From an uncultured Acidobacteriota bacterium (GTDB lineage: Bacteria; Acidobacteriota; JAQAZP01): DNA of 64,000 nt. The position numbers and the translations under genes are program-made. The notes below the pieces were generated by a model. It was not told the origin of the DNA, made no database searches, and worked only from the letters and a program-made list of their open reading frames with translations. This document shows, in pieces, positions 55,286 to 64,000 of this stretch (positions are counted from its first letter, which is position 1; every line of letters begins with the position of its first letter). The stretch lies in the NCBI GenBank assembly GCA_963836075.1, contig CAWIIB010000001.1:736001-800000 (forward strand). The letters run 5' to 3'.

Positions 55286-56717
55286 CGGGAGTCCCCAGGA
55301 TAATGATCGAGAAATAGAACAGGGCGTACAGGCCGCCGCGGACCATGGCCGGCAACCGGAAAACCACGAACTCGTCGTTGGTGCGATACTGCCAGACCTC
55401 CAGCGCCGTGGTCAGCGGGAAGAGCAGCAGCAACACGGTCTGCTGGCTGGCCAGCAACTCCATGGTGCGGGGAAGATTGACACCGAGGTCCATGGCCGAC
55501 TGTGCGGCCCGGACGATGAAGCCCGGTGTCGGCGCGCGGAAGAGCACCCAGCTGCCGCAGACCAGGACGAACATCAGCAGCACGCCGAACATCCGGAACG
55601 CGGCCCGCGGCAGCGGCCCGGCCGCGGCCAGCCGCGACACCGCCGCACTGCGGGCCATCAGCGCCCGCCAGGCGGTACCGGCCAGTCGGTAGGCCACCAG
55701 CAGCAAGCCATGGTAGAGCCCCCAGAGGACGAAGAGCCAGGAGGCGCCGTGCCACAGCCCGCCCAGCAGCATGGTGACCATCAGGTTGATCCAGGTGCGG
55801 GCCCTGCCCCGCCGGTTTCCCCCCAGCGGGATGTAGAGGTAGTCGCGAAGCCAGCTGGAGAGCGAGATGTGCCAGCGATTCCAGAACTCGCTGGGATCGG
55901 CGGAGAGGTAAGGGATGTCGAAGTTGCGCATCAGACGAAAACCCATCAGCCGGGCCAGCCCGCGGGCGATATCGGAGTAGCCCGAGAAGTCACAATAGAT
56001 CTGGAAGGCAAAGGCGACCACGCCCACCACCAGTTCCCCGCCGGCCGGAGCCTGGTGACCGGCAAAGACCCTGTTGGCCAGCAGTCCCAGGTTGTCGGCG
56101 ATCACCATTTTCTTGAACAGGCCCCAGAGGCAGAGCCAGGCCCCGGCCCTCAGATCTTCAGCATCGGTTGTCCGCGGCCGTTCGATCTGGGGCAGCAGGC
56201 GCCCGGCCCGTTCGATGGGCCCGGCCACCAGCTGGGGAAAGAAGGCGACGTAGAGGGCCAGGTCGGGGAGGCTCCGGCGGGCTTTGATGGTTCCGCGGTA
56301 GACCTCGATGGTGTAACTCATGGTCTGGAAGGTATAGAAGGAAATGCCCACCGGCAGGACGATGTTCAGCGTCACCTCATCCACCCGGAACCCCGCCATG
56401 TGCATCAACTGGGCCAGGGAGGAGGCGAAGAAATTGAAATACTTGAACAGGCCCAGCAGCCCGAGGTTGCTGACCACACTGGCGATCAGCCAGCCCCGGC
56501 GGCGGTTGGCCGAGGAACCGGCCTCGATCATTCTGGCGCTGACATAGTCGACGATGGTGGAGAGCCAGATCAAGCCGAGGAACCGCCAGTCCCACCAGCC
56601 GTAAAAGACGTAGCTGGCCAGCAGGAGCAGTCCGTTCTGCCGGCGGTGCGGCAGGAAATGGTAAAGCGAGAAGACCAGGGCGAAGAAGAGCCAGAAAACA
56701 AGGGTGTTGAAAAGCAA
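55254..56717 (-). CDS. MBOAT family O-acyltransferase (AlgI/DltB-like)
   Basis: LPVGISFYTFQTMSY, FFPQLVAGPIER, DFSGYSDIA, FWNRWHISLSSWLRDYLYIPLGG, GLWHGA, FIYFQF; TTG start. Confidence 0.95.
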   Translation of the reverse strand: MLFNTLVFWLFFALVFSLYHFLPHRRQNGLLLLASYVFYGWWDWRFLGLIWLSTIVDYVSARMIEAGSSANRRRGWLIASVVSNLGLLGLFKYFNFFASSLAQLMHMAGFRVDEVTLNIVLPVGISFYTFQTMSYTIEVYRGTIKARRSLPDLALYVAFFPQLVAGPIERAGRLLPQIERPRTTDAEDLRAGAWLCLWGLFKKMVIADNLGLLANRVFAGHQAPAGGELVVGVVAFAFQIYCDFSGYSDIARGLARLMGFRLMRNFDIPYLSADPSEFWNRWHISLSSWLRDYLYIPLGGNRRGRARTWINLMVTMLLGGLWHGASWLFVLWGLYHGLLLVAYRLAGTAWRALMARSAAVSRLAAAGPLPRAAFRMFGVLLMFVLVCGSWVLFRAPTPGFIVRAAQSAMDLGVNLPRTMELLASQQTVLLLLFPLTTALEVWQYRTNDEFVVFRLPAMVRGGLYALFYFSIIILGTPDAQPFIYFQF

Positions 56718-56751
56718 AGCGTCTCCCGGAAGTGCGCTCGAACCATCCTGA

Positions 56752-58458
56752 TCAGCGGAACTTCTTATGCTCCGCCGTCTGATACTCACGGGTCAAACGG
56801 ACCACCACCTTGCGCAGGGCAACGATGGCAAACAGGTTGGGCAGGGCCATCAGCCCCAGCGCCGCGTCGCCGAAGGCCCAGACCACCTCCAGGGAGAGTA
56901 TCGCCCCGATGAAGTGCACCACCACAAAGACAATCCGGTAGGGCACGATGGCCCGCCGTCCCAGGAGATACTCGATGGACCGGTCGCCGTAGTACGACCA
57001 GGAGATGGCGGTGGAGATGGCGAAGAGGAAGACGCCGAAGGTGACGATGAAGTTGCCGCCGGGAAAGAGGAAGGCCAGCCCCCGCTGGAAACCCCAGGCG
57101 GTGAGCGGCGAGGAGTTGAGCATCGCCCGGCCACGCAGCCGCACGTTCTCCGCCGGCCGGCCCCGGTCGTCGAAGAACTGCGGGCGGTCCTCCGCTTCGG
57201 GCACCAGCAGCGTCCCGGTGAACAGTTCCCCGTGATGGAGCAGTACCGCATCCTCCATCAGCGAGTGGCTCTTGATCAGCGCCAGCCCCTGGGGAACCCC
57301 GTTGACCACCGCTGCACGACCGCTGAACAGGCTTTCCCCGGACAGTTCACCGGTGACCAGGACAGTGCTGCCCTGATGGACAAAGACGATCTCCTCCTCG
57401 GCGGTGAAGCGCAGGGTGACCTCTTTTTTGTCCTTCCACACGCCGGTGGTGACAATCACCAGGCCGGTGATGGTGCAGATCACCAGGGTGTCCACAAAAG
57501 GTTCTATCAGCGCCACCACCCCCTCGCGCACCGGCTCCTTGGTCTTGGCCGCGGCGTGGGCGATGGGGGCGCTGCCCTGACCCGCCTCGTTGGAGAAGAG
57601 CCCCCGCTTGACGCCCCAGACCAGGGTGAACATGAACACCGACCCGGCAAATCCGCCCACCTGGGCCGGAGGATCGAACGCGCCGGAGATGATCTCCCAG
57701 AAGGCGGCCGGGATCTGGTCGTAGCGATTGAGCAGGATCAGCAGCCCCCCGGTGGTGTAGATGGCGGCCATGAAAGGCGCCAGCTTCGAGGTGACCGCAC
57801 CGATCCGGCGGATCCCGCCGAGGATTACGGCGCCCACCAGCACTGCGGAGAAGAGGCCGGTGATCCAGGTGGGGATCAGAAAGTCGGCCTTCATCGAGTC
57901 GGCCATGGTGAAGGCCTGGATGGCGTTTCCCGTGCCAAAGGAACAGATCACGGCCAGGATGGCGAAGCAGATGGCCAGCCAGCGCCAGCCGGGGCCCAGG
58001 CCTTTTTCGATGTAGTACATCGGGCCGCCGGAGGCGGAGCCGTCGGGATTGATGTTGCGGTAGTGGTGGGCCAGGGTGCATTCCACATACTTGAGGGTCA
58101 TGCCGAAGAAGGCGGTGAGCCACATCCAGAACAGGGACCCCGGACCGCCGTAATGGATGGCGATGGCCACCCCGGCAATATTGCCGATGCCCACCGTGGC
58201 CGAGAGCGCCGCGGACAGGGCCTGGAAATGGCTGATATCGCCCTCGTCGTCCGGGTCGTCGTAATCGCCGCGGATGACCCGCAGAGCGTGGCGGAACTGT
58301 CTCAGCTGTATGAAGGAGAGCCGCAGGGTGTAAAAGACACCGGTGCCCAGCAGGGCGATGACCAGGATCGGCATCGCCGCAGGGAAACCCCAGATGGTGT
58401 CACGGGCGAAAAAGACGGCGCTGCGCAGCAGGTCGAGCAGAAAGTGGACGGCCTCCAT
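56752..58458 (-). CDS. Sodium:alanine/glycine symporter (AGCS family)
   Basis: ATVGIGNIAGVA, GGPGSLFWMW, GGPMYY, RGLFSNEAGQGSAPIAHA, DTLVICT, MALPNL. Confidence 0.95.
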   Translation of the reverse strand: MEAVHFLLDLLRSAVFFARDTIWGFPAAMPILVIALLGTGVFYTLRLSFIQLRQFRHALRVIRGDYDDPDDEGDISHFQALSAALSATVGIGNIAGVAIAIHYGGPGSLFWMWLTAFFGMTLKYVECTLAHHYRNINPDGSASGGPMYYIEKGLGPGWRWLAICFAILAVICSFGTGNAIQAFTMADSMKADFLIPTWITGLFSAVLVGAVILGGIRRIGAVTSKLAPFMAAIYTTGGLLILLNRYDQIPAAFWEIISGAFDPPAQVGGFAGSVFMFTLVWGVKRGLFSNEAGQGSAPIAHAAAKTKEPVREGVVALIEPFVDTLVICTITGLVIVTTGVWKDKKEVTLRFTAEEEIVFVHQGSTVLVTGELSGESLFSGRAAVVNGVPQGLALIKSHSLMEDAVLLHHGELFTGTLLVPEAEDRPQFFDDRGRPAENVRLRGRAMLNSSPLTAWGFQRGLAFLFPGGNFIVTFGVFLFAISTAISWSYYGDRSIEYLLGRRAIVPYRIVFVVVHFIGAILSLEVVWAFGDAALGLMALPNLFAIVALRKVVVRLTREYQTAEHKKFR

Positions 58459-58600
58459 GGGTGAACCTCCGGAAAAGAACTGTGTCGGCAGAGGCGATAC
58501 GTGGGAGAAATTCTAGCCGGGTGCCGACAGGGTGTCAACGAACCGGCCGGGGACCCTGCCTTTCGCCGGCGCAACGGTTGGCGACAATTCCAACAATAGC

Positions 58601-58782
58601 TGTGGAAAACCTTGTGGAAAAATGAGCCGCAGGTTCTGCAAGTCAAAGCGGGACAAGGACTTTGCTTGAAATGACCGAAATGTGTAATTGCGCATTTCAC
58701 TGAAAACATTAGGGTTACGAGCAGGATTATTCCTCCGTGCCTCAGTCATCCCCGATTCTGGTCCCAACCCACTTTTTCCACA
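58601..58782. promoter_or_regulatory. DnaA-box-like motifs
   Basis: TGTGGAAAA at 58601-58609 and 58613-58621, TTTTCCACA at 58774-58782; all fit TTWTNCACA. Confidence 0.5.
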
Positions 58783-58925
58783 CGCCCAAGAGCAATAAAA
58801 ACCGCCATTTAGTCAAAAACAGCTCACTAATTTTGCCTGCCCGGCGTGTATCCTGCACACCTGTCATGGCGGAATTGGTGGGCAGACCGGTAGTGGCTGG
58901 TCGCGCAGTCCACAGAGGCCCGTTC

Positions 58926-58953
58926 TTGACTATCCCGTATATTTTCCTATATT
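58926..58953 (+). promoter_or_regulatory. Putative sigma70 promoter for the 59063 gene
   Basis: TTGACT-N16-TATATT in an AT-rich stretch. Confidence 0.45.
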
Positions 58954-59062
58954 TAACAGTACAAGGCCGTGGTCATTCCTTTATCCGGATTTTCAATACC
59001 TACTAAAATCAGGATTATCAGGAGACCCGCGGGGTATTCTTCAGGTCTAAAGGAGGCACAGA

Positions 59063-60856
59063 ATGTCACGACGAATCTTCAACGCACTCATAATGGTCAG
59101 CCTGCTCGCACTCATCGCTACGGCGGCCTCGGCGGAGTATCCGATCGACGTACCAGGAGTGTATCACCACCGGGATACTCCCGGTCTGGATCGCAGTGTC
59201 TGCGTGCTCGAACGGGTTGACGGCGGTTTTGACCAGCGGGTCCTTTCTTCCGGCGGACCGCCGGCACCGGGCACCCGGGTGGCCGGAGAGATGTGGCGCG
59301 TGGAGGACTGGGACGGCGCGTACGGCGCCATCGCCGAGGACGTGCAGATCTCCGGCAACGGCCAGCGGATTCTCACCGCCTGGAACCTGAACTACGAACG
59401 GTTCAGCCTCTTCCCCATCGACAACGACACACCGCTCTGGGAGTACGCCCTGGCCGATGGCTCCACCCAGGTGGGCGGCTACGTCAGGGCGGCCATCGCC
59501 GATGACGGGATGAGCATGGTGGGCGGCGCCAGCCGCATGGACACCATCCCGGCCAGCGGCGAATACTCGCGGGTCTTCCGTTTCAGCACCAGCGCGACCC
59601 CCGACTGGACCTTCGACCTGCCCACCGACCCGGAGATCTGGCACCTGCAGGACGTGGCCCTTTCCGGCGACGGGAGCACGGTCGGGGTGCTGGCCATCGA
59701 TAACAGCGCCACCACCGGCCGGGTCTACGTTCTCGACGGCATTTCAGGCACCGAACTCCACCAGTGGGACTTCGACTACACGGTTTCCAGTTCGCTGTAC
59801 AACATCGATTTCAGCGGCGACGCCTCCCGGCTGGTGGTGGGCTGCCGCAAACTGATCCATGTCTATGACATCCCCGGCGGGCTGCTCCAGACCATCACCC
59901 TGGCCTACGACTGCCAGTGCCCGGCCCGGATCACGCCCGATGCCGGCTACATCGCCGTGGGCAATCTCCGCGGCCGGCTCACCGTCTACACCCTCGCCAC
60001 AGCGGACGGCACACCGGACCTCTACACGGAATACTGGACCTATACCATCCCGCCCGACTACTACTACCCCTGGATCCAGACCGTGGCGGTGGCCGCCGAC
60101 AGCAGCCGGGTGCTGGTGGGCTCGTACCAGCCGAACGCGACCAGCAGCCATGGCTACCTCTACTTCTTCGACATGGACGGAACCGAACCGCAGTGGTCTT
60201 CCGAGGACTCGGGCGGACTGGTGGAGGAGGTGGCCTGCAGCGCCAACGGCACGGTGGCCTGCGCCGGCTCGTGGGGCGATCTCGACGGGGCCATGGGCTG
60301 GTGCTGTCTGATCGCCACGGACAATGGCGCACGGTACACCCTGACCAGCATGGACTACGGCGGATCGCTCTTCTCTGCCGACATCGATGACGCCGGGTAT
60401 TTCGCCACCGGCGGGAGCAAGCGGGTCCACGCCTACGAGTTCGGCAGCGGCGGCCACACCTTTGCCATGTTCTCAGGGATCAAGGTGGAGACCTTCCTCC
60501 TCGACATCGAGTTGACGCCGAGCACCGGCACTCTGCCCTTCTTCGGCACCACCACCCTCACCCTGACCAACCTGACCAACGGGCCGCGCACCTCCGCGGG
60601 CCGCGTGGACGTCATCGTGGCCAGCGGGGCCAGACTGAACAATGTCCGTGGGGGGTACGCCAACGTCCCTGCCGGAGATGTAGTACAGTTCTCCTACCCA
60701 CAGAAATTCCTCGAACGGCAGTACCTGGTGGGCGAAAACACCTTCATCCTCACCGGACAGGATGTGACCAACGCCCCGTACAACCAGCCGCCGTACTATC
60801 CGGCGGGCGACAAGGATATGGACAGCTTCGTGGTCACCTGCACCTGGCAGCCGTGA
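59063..60856 (+). CDS. Secreted WD40/PQQ-like beta-propeller protein with C-terminal PYNQPP domain
   Basis: AAGGAGG RBS; signal peptide; repeats V.ISGNG, AIADDG, VALSGDG, IDFSGDA, ITPDA, VAADS, ACSANG with P.W motifs. Confidence 0.85.
   Translation: MSRRIFNALIMVSLLALIATAASAEYPIDVPGVYHHRDTPGLDRSVCVLERVDGGFDQRVLSSGGPPAPGTRVAGEMWRVEDWDGAYGAIAEDVQISGNGQRILTAWNLNYERFSLFPIDNDTPLWEYALADGSTQVGGYVRAAIADDGMSMVGGASRMDTIPASGEYSRVFRFSTSATPDWTFDLPTDPEIWHLQDVALSGDGSTVGVLAIDNSATTGRVYVLDGISGTELHQWDFDYTVSSSLYNIDFSGDASRLVVGCRKLIHVYDIPGGLLQTITLAYDCQCPARITPDAGYIAVGNLRGRLTVYTLATADGTPDLYTEYWTYTIPPDYYYPWIQTVAVAADSSRVLVGSYQPNATSSHGYLYFFDMDGTEPQWSSEDSGGLVEEVACSANGTVACAGSWGDLDGAMGWCCLIATDNGARYTLTSMDYGGSLFSADIDDAGYFATGGSKRVHAYEFGSGGHTFAMFSGIKVETFLLDIELTPSTGTLPFFGTTTLTLTNLTNGPRTSAGRVDVIVASGARLNNVRGGYANVPAGDVVQFSYPQKFLERQYLVGENTFILTGQDVTNAPYNQPPYYPAGDKDMDSFVVTCTWQP
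60488..60856 (+). repeat. PYNQPP C-terminal domain, copy 4 (122 aa)
   Basis: ETFLLDIELTPSTGTLPF...LTN...RGGYANV...LVG...QDVTNAPYNQPPYYPAGD...VVTCTWQP*. Confidence 0.93.
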
Positions 60857-60896
60857 TCAGCAGGCTTTGAAGAACGGGAAGAGCCCTGGACGGCGA

Positions 60897-61448
60897 TCAG
60901 CGCCGTTTCCAGGGCCTTTCCTCTGCACCCTCGCGGAGGTTGGCCAGCCGGGCGAGGGTGAACAGGGCGTCGGAGAGCCGGTTGACATAGGCCAGCGGGA
61001 GCGGGCCGGGCACTTCGTGGCCCAGTTCCACCAGCAGGGTGAGCCGGCGTTCCGCACGGCGGCACACGGTCCGGGCGTGGTGCAGCGTGGCGGCCGATGG
61101 TGAACCGCCGGGAAGGATGAAGCCGGTGAGCGGCGCCAGTTCCTCGTCGGCGGAGTCGATCACCCGTTCCAGGTCCTCCACCATCTCCGCCGTAATCCGC
61201 GGCCGTTCGTCGCCGCCCCTGCCGCCGGGGTCGGCCAGTTCGGCCCCCAGCACCAGCAGGCGCCCCTGGATCGTCTCCAGCAGGTCGGCCAGCTGCCGGT
61301 CACGGCAGTGGGCGGCTGCCAGCCCCACCACCGTGTTCAACTCGTCGACGGTTCCATAGGCATCGGGACGCGGGTCATGCTTTTTCACCCGCCGGCCGTC
61401 AAAGAGGGAGGTCTCGCCCGCATCACCCGTTCTGGTATAGATTTTCAT
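60897..61448 (-). CDS. ATP:cob(I)alamin adenosyltransferase (PduO type)
   Basis: KIYTRTGD.G.T, AYGTVDELN, FILPGG, ARTVCRRAER, YVNRLSD.LF.LAR. Confidence 0.95.
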   Translation of the reverse strand: MKIYTRTGDAGETSLFDGRRVKKHDPRPDAYGTVDELNTVVGLAAAHCRDRQLADLLETIQGRLLVLGAELADPGGRGGDERPRITAEMVEDLERVIDSADEELAPLTGFILPGGSPSAATLHHARTVCRRAERRLTLLVELGHEVPGPLPLAYVNRLSDALFTLARLANLREGAEERPWKRR

Positions 61449-61452
61449 CGAT

Positions 61453-61776
61453 TCAGGCCACGGTACGGCGGAGGATCACCTTCTGGCGGTGCAACTGGCG
61501 CCGCACCTTTCTCAAGGCGTCGCCGTCCTTCGACTCCAGGGCCTTTGCCCGCTGGGCCTTGAGTTCCTTGATCGTTTTCTTGATCGCGCCCTTGCCCTTC
61601 TGTTTCTTTTTTCCCGGCTTCGGTTTTACCTCGTCCCGGGCAATGCCCAGCTTCTCGCACAGTGCATCCAGCAGCTGGTCCTTCTTCATACCCGACACCC
61701 CGGTGAGCTCGGAATGTTCCGCAGCCATCTCCCTCAACTGCAAAACCGTCTTCTTCTTCAGTTCAGCAAATTCCAT
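61453..61776 (-). CDS. Small basic protein with Rho N-terminal-like domain
   Basis: ELKKKTVLQLREMA...GVSGMKKDQLL; Lys-rich helical C-terminus; AAGGA RBS. Confidence 0.75.
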   Translation of the reverse strand: MEFAELKKKTVLQLREMAAEHSELTGVSGMKKDQLLDALCEKLGIARDEVKPKPGKKKQKGKGAIKKTIKELKAQRAKALESKDGDALRKVRRQLHRQKVILRRTVA

Positions 61777-61979
61777 GGTTCACGTTCCTTTGTCTGCACC
61801 CGCGGCCCAGGTTGGCCGCCGGCTGGTGATCTGGTAGGAAGAAAAAATAGCAAACGTGAAAGTTGCTGTCAATTCTCCGACCCGGAACAAAAGATTCCCC
61901 GCGGATGTACCGATCAGGGGGACAGGAAGTTGTGTCAAGTGAACAGGCTGCCAGAGGCTCGCCCGCACCAATAGAGAGG

Positions 61980-64000
61980 ATGCGCACGGTGACAAAGGTC
62001 CGTTTCCAGCTGCTGTCCGTGCTCCTCGTGGTCCTTTTCTCCTGGCCGGCCGCGGCAGATGCCGATGCCCCCGCCCCCACCCAGCGGTTCCATCGCCTCT
62101 CCATAGCAGACGGCCTGTCGCAAAGTTCGGTGCGCTGCATCCTCCAGGATCGGCGCGGGTTCATCTGGCTGGGTACTGAGGACGGGCTCAACCGGTATGA
62201 CGGACGACGGTTCAAGACCTATGGCCAGAAGCCTGACGGCAGCGGCGAGCTGCGCAGCGGCATCATCTGGGCCCTGCACGAGGATCGTGCCGGCACGATC
62301 TGGGTGGGGACCGACGGCGGAGGGCTGGAGCGCTACGACCGGGACCATGACCGCTTCACCAACCTGGCCCACCACCCCGGGCAACCGAACAGCCTGAGCC
62401 ACAACGCGGTACGGGCCATCGCCGAGGAGGCCTCTGGAATACTCTGGATCGGGACCGCGGGCGGGGGCTTGAACCGCCTCGATCCCGTAACCGGCATATT
62501 CACCCCCTTCCGCCACCTCGACGGCCAGACCAACAGCCTGGGCTGCGACGTGGTACGCGGGCTGCACTTCGACAGCGAGGGGCTGCTCTGGATCGCCACC
62601 TTTGGCGGCGGTCTGGATCGCCTCGACCCGCGTACCGGCCGGTTCACCCATTTCCGGCATGACCCGCAAAACCCCCGGTCGCTGGCCAGCGATTATCTCC
62701 GCACCGTGTTCGTCGACCGGACCGGGGCCGTCTGGGTGGGCACCGCGGAAGACGGACTGGACCGTCTGTTCATCGGAAAAGAGTTTTTCGAACACCACCG
62801 GACCAGCGAGGATTCCTCCTCGATCAGCAACAATGCCATCTGGTGCATCGCCGAAGACCACCTGGGCACCCTCTGGGTGGGCACCAACGATGGTCTCTGT
62901 GAACTGGTCAGCACCGGGCCTCCCGGCCAGGACCACAGGGACTTGTTCGTCCGGCACCGGCCGGACCACAACGACCCCTACAGCCTGAGCCAGGGCCGCA
63001 TCCGTTGCGTTGCCGAGGACCGCAGCGACGTGCTCTGGGTCGGCACCTACAACGGCGGTCTCAACCTCACCGAACGGCGGGAAGGGACCTTCCACCACCT
63101 GCGGCACCACCCGACCGTGAGCGGAGCGCTCAGCGACAACGAGGTACGGGCCTTCTGCGAGGCGGACAACGGGAACATCTGGGTCGGCACCTATGGCGGC
63201 GGCCTGGACCTCTTTAACCGCCACACGATGAGTTTCAGTAATCTCGGCCAACAGACCGGCCTGGCCGAGCTGGGCGAGACCGCCGTGATGGCCCTGGCCC
63301 GGGAGTCGTCGGGCATCCTCTGGATCGGCACTGAAAAGGATGGGCTGATCCGTCTGGATCCGGGCAGCAACACTCTGACCAGGCACCTGCTGCCCACCGG
63401 CGCCGCGGGGGACCAGGGCCGGGACCTGGTGCGCACCCTGCTGGTGGACCGCGACGGAAGGCTCTGGGCCGGCACCTACGGCGGCGGCATCTTCCATTTC
63501 GACGTTGGCCTGAAGAGTTTTCAGCGTTACCATCACGACCCGGACGATCCCCGCAGCCTGAGCAACAATGAAATCTGGGCCCTGTACCAGGACGCATCCG
63601 GCACCATCTGGGCCGGCACCAATGGCGGTCTGAACCGGTTCCACCGGGCCACCGGTGATTTCACCAGGTACCGGCAGCAGGCCGGCAACCTGTGGAGCCT
63701 CGGATCGGACCGGGTGCGGTCGATCCACGAGGATGCCACGGGAACGCTCTGGGTGGGGACCTATGGCGGAGGCCTTAACCGTTTCGATCCCCTGACCAGC
63801 ACCTTCACCCGGTTCGATGCGGAAAAAGGATTGCCGGGCAATGTGGTCTTCGGAATCACCGAGGACCGGCTGGGCCGTCTCTGGCTGAGCACCAACCAGG
63901 GTCTGACCCGGTTCGACCCGGTCACGGAAGCTCTCCGTACCTATCACCACATCGACGGTCTGCAAAGCGACGAGTTCAACGCCGGGGCCAGCCTGCGGGC
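61980..64000 (+). CDS. Two-component regulator propeller (Reg_prop) sensor protein (3'-partial)
   Basis: ATG 61980 after GAGAGG; signal peptide; DGLSQSSVRCILQDRRGFIWLGTEDGLNRYDG and repeated SLS.N.V..I.ED..G.LWVGT..GGL; DGLQSDEFN near the window end. Confidence 0.9.
   Translation, partial: MRTVTKVRFQLLSVLLVVLFSWPAAADADAPAPTQRFHRLSIADGLSQSSVRCILQDRRGFIWLGTEDGLNRYDGRRFKTYGQKPDGSGELRSGIIWALHEDRAGTIWVGTDGGGLERYDRDHDRFTNLAHHPGQPNSLSHNAVRAIAEEASGILWIGTAGGGLNRLDPVTGIFTPFRHLDGQTNSLGCDVVRGLHFDSEGLLWIATFGGGLDRLDPRTGRFTHFRHDPQNPRSLASDYLRTVFVDRTGAVWVGTAEDGLDRLFIGKEFFEHHRTSEDSSSISNNAIWCIAEDHLGTLWVGTNDGLCELVSTGPPGQDHRDLFVRHRPDHNDPYSLSQGRIRCVAEDRSDVLWVGTYNGGLNLTERREGTFHHLRHHPTVSGALSDNEVRAFCEADNGNIWVGTYGGGLDLFNRHTMSFSNLGQQTGLAELGETAVMALARESSGILWIGTEKDGLIRLDPGSNTLTRHLLPTGAAGDQGRDLVRTLLVDRDGRLWAGTYGGGIFHFDVGLKSFQRYHHDPDDPRSLSNNEIWALYQDASGTIWAGTNGGLNRFHRATGDFTRYRQQAGNLWSLGSDRVRSIHEDATGTLWVGTYGGGLNRFDPLTSTFTRFDAEKGLPGNVVFGITEDRLGRLWLSTNQGLTRFDPVTEALRTYHHIDGLQSDEFNAGASLR

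Overview
High-GC (roughly two-thirds G+C by eye), gene-dense bacterial chromosomal segment with no rRNA, tRNA, CRISPR array or mobile element that I can recognise. It mixes metabolic genes (pfkA, truncated pyk, ftcD, metH, rubredoxin, PduO-type cobalamin adenosyltransferase, a riboswitch-led moaA-moeA-moaC-MOSC/mog operon), transporters, signalling proteins, a sigma54-controlled cytochrome c/outer-membrane barrel unit and many secreted hydrolases. The main finding is a ~121-aa C-terminal domain with signature DVTxxPYNQPP..GD and a terminal Pro. It aligns without gaps at the end of four unrelated signal-peptide-bearing proteins (M14 carboxypeptidase, PAD/agmatine deiminase, SBBP propeller, WD40-like propeller). 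It is a candidate sorting or anchoring tag of an undescribed secretion or surface-display system, analogous to the T9SS CTD; its novelty needs a database search. Also found: a CxxU selenoprotein with SECIS missed by the ORF track, a P3-less Moco/Wco-type riboswitch, a 30-aa hydrophobic peptide with a structured 3' region, an orphan amphi-Trp/XXXCH fusion and a DnaA-box-like cluster. Six genes are split by small frameshifts, mostly at short homopolymers, and these are probably sequencing errors.
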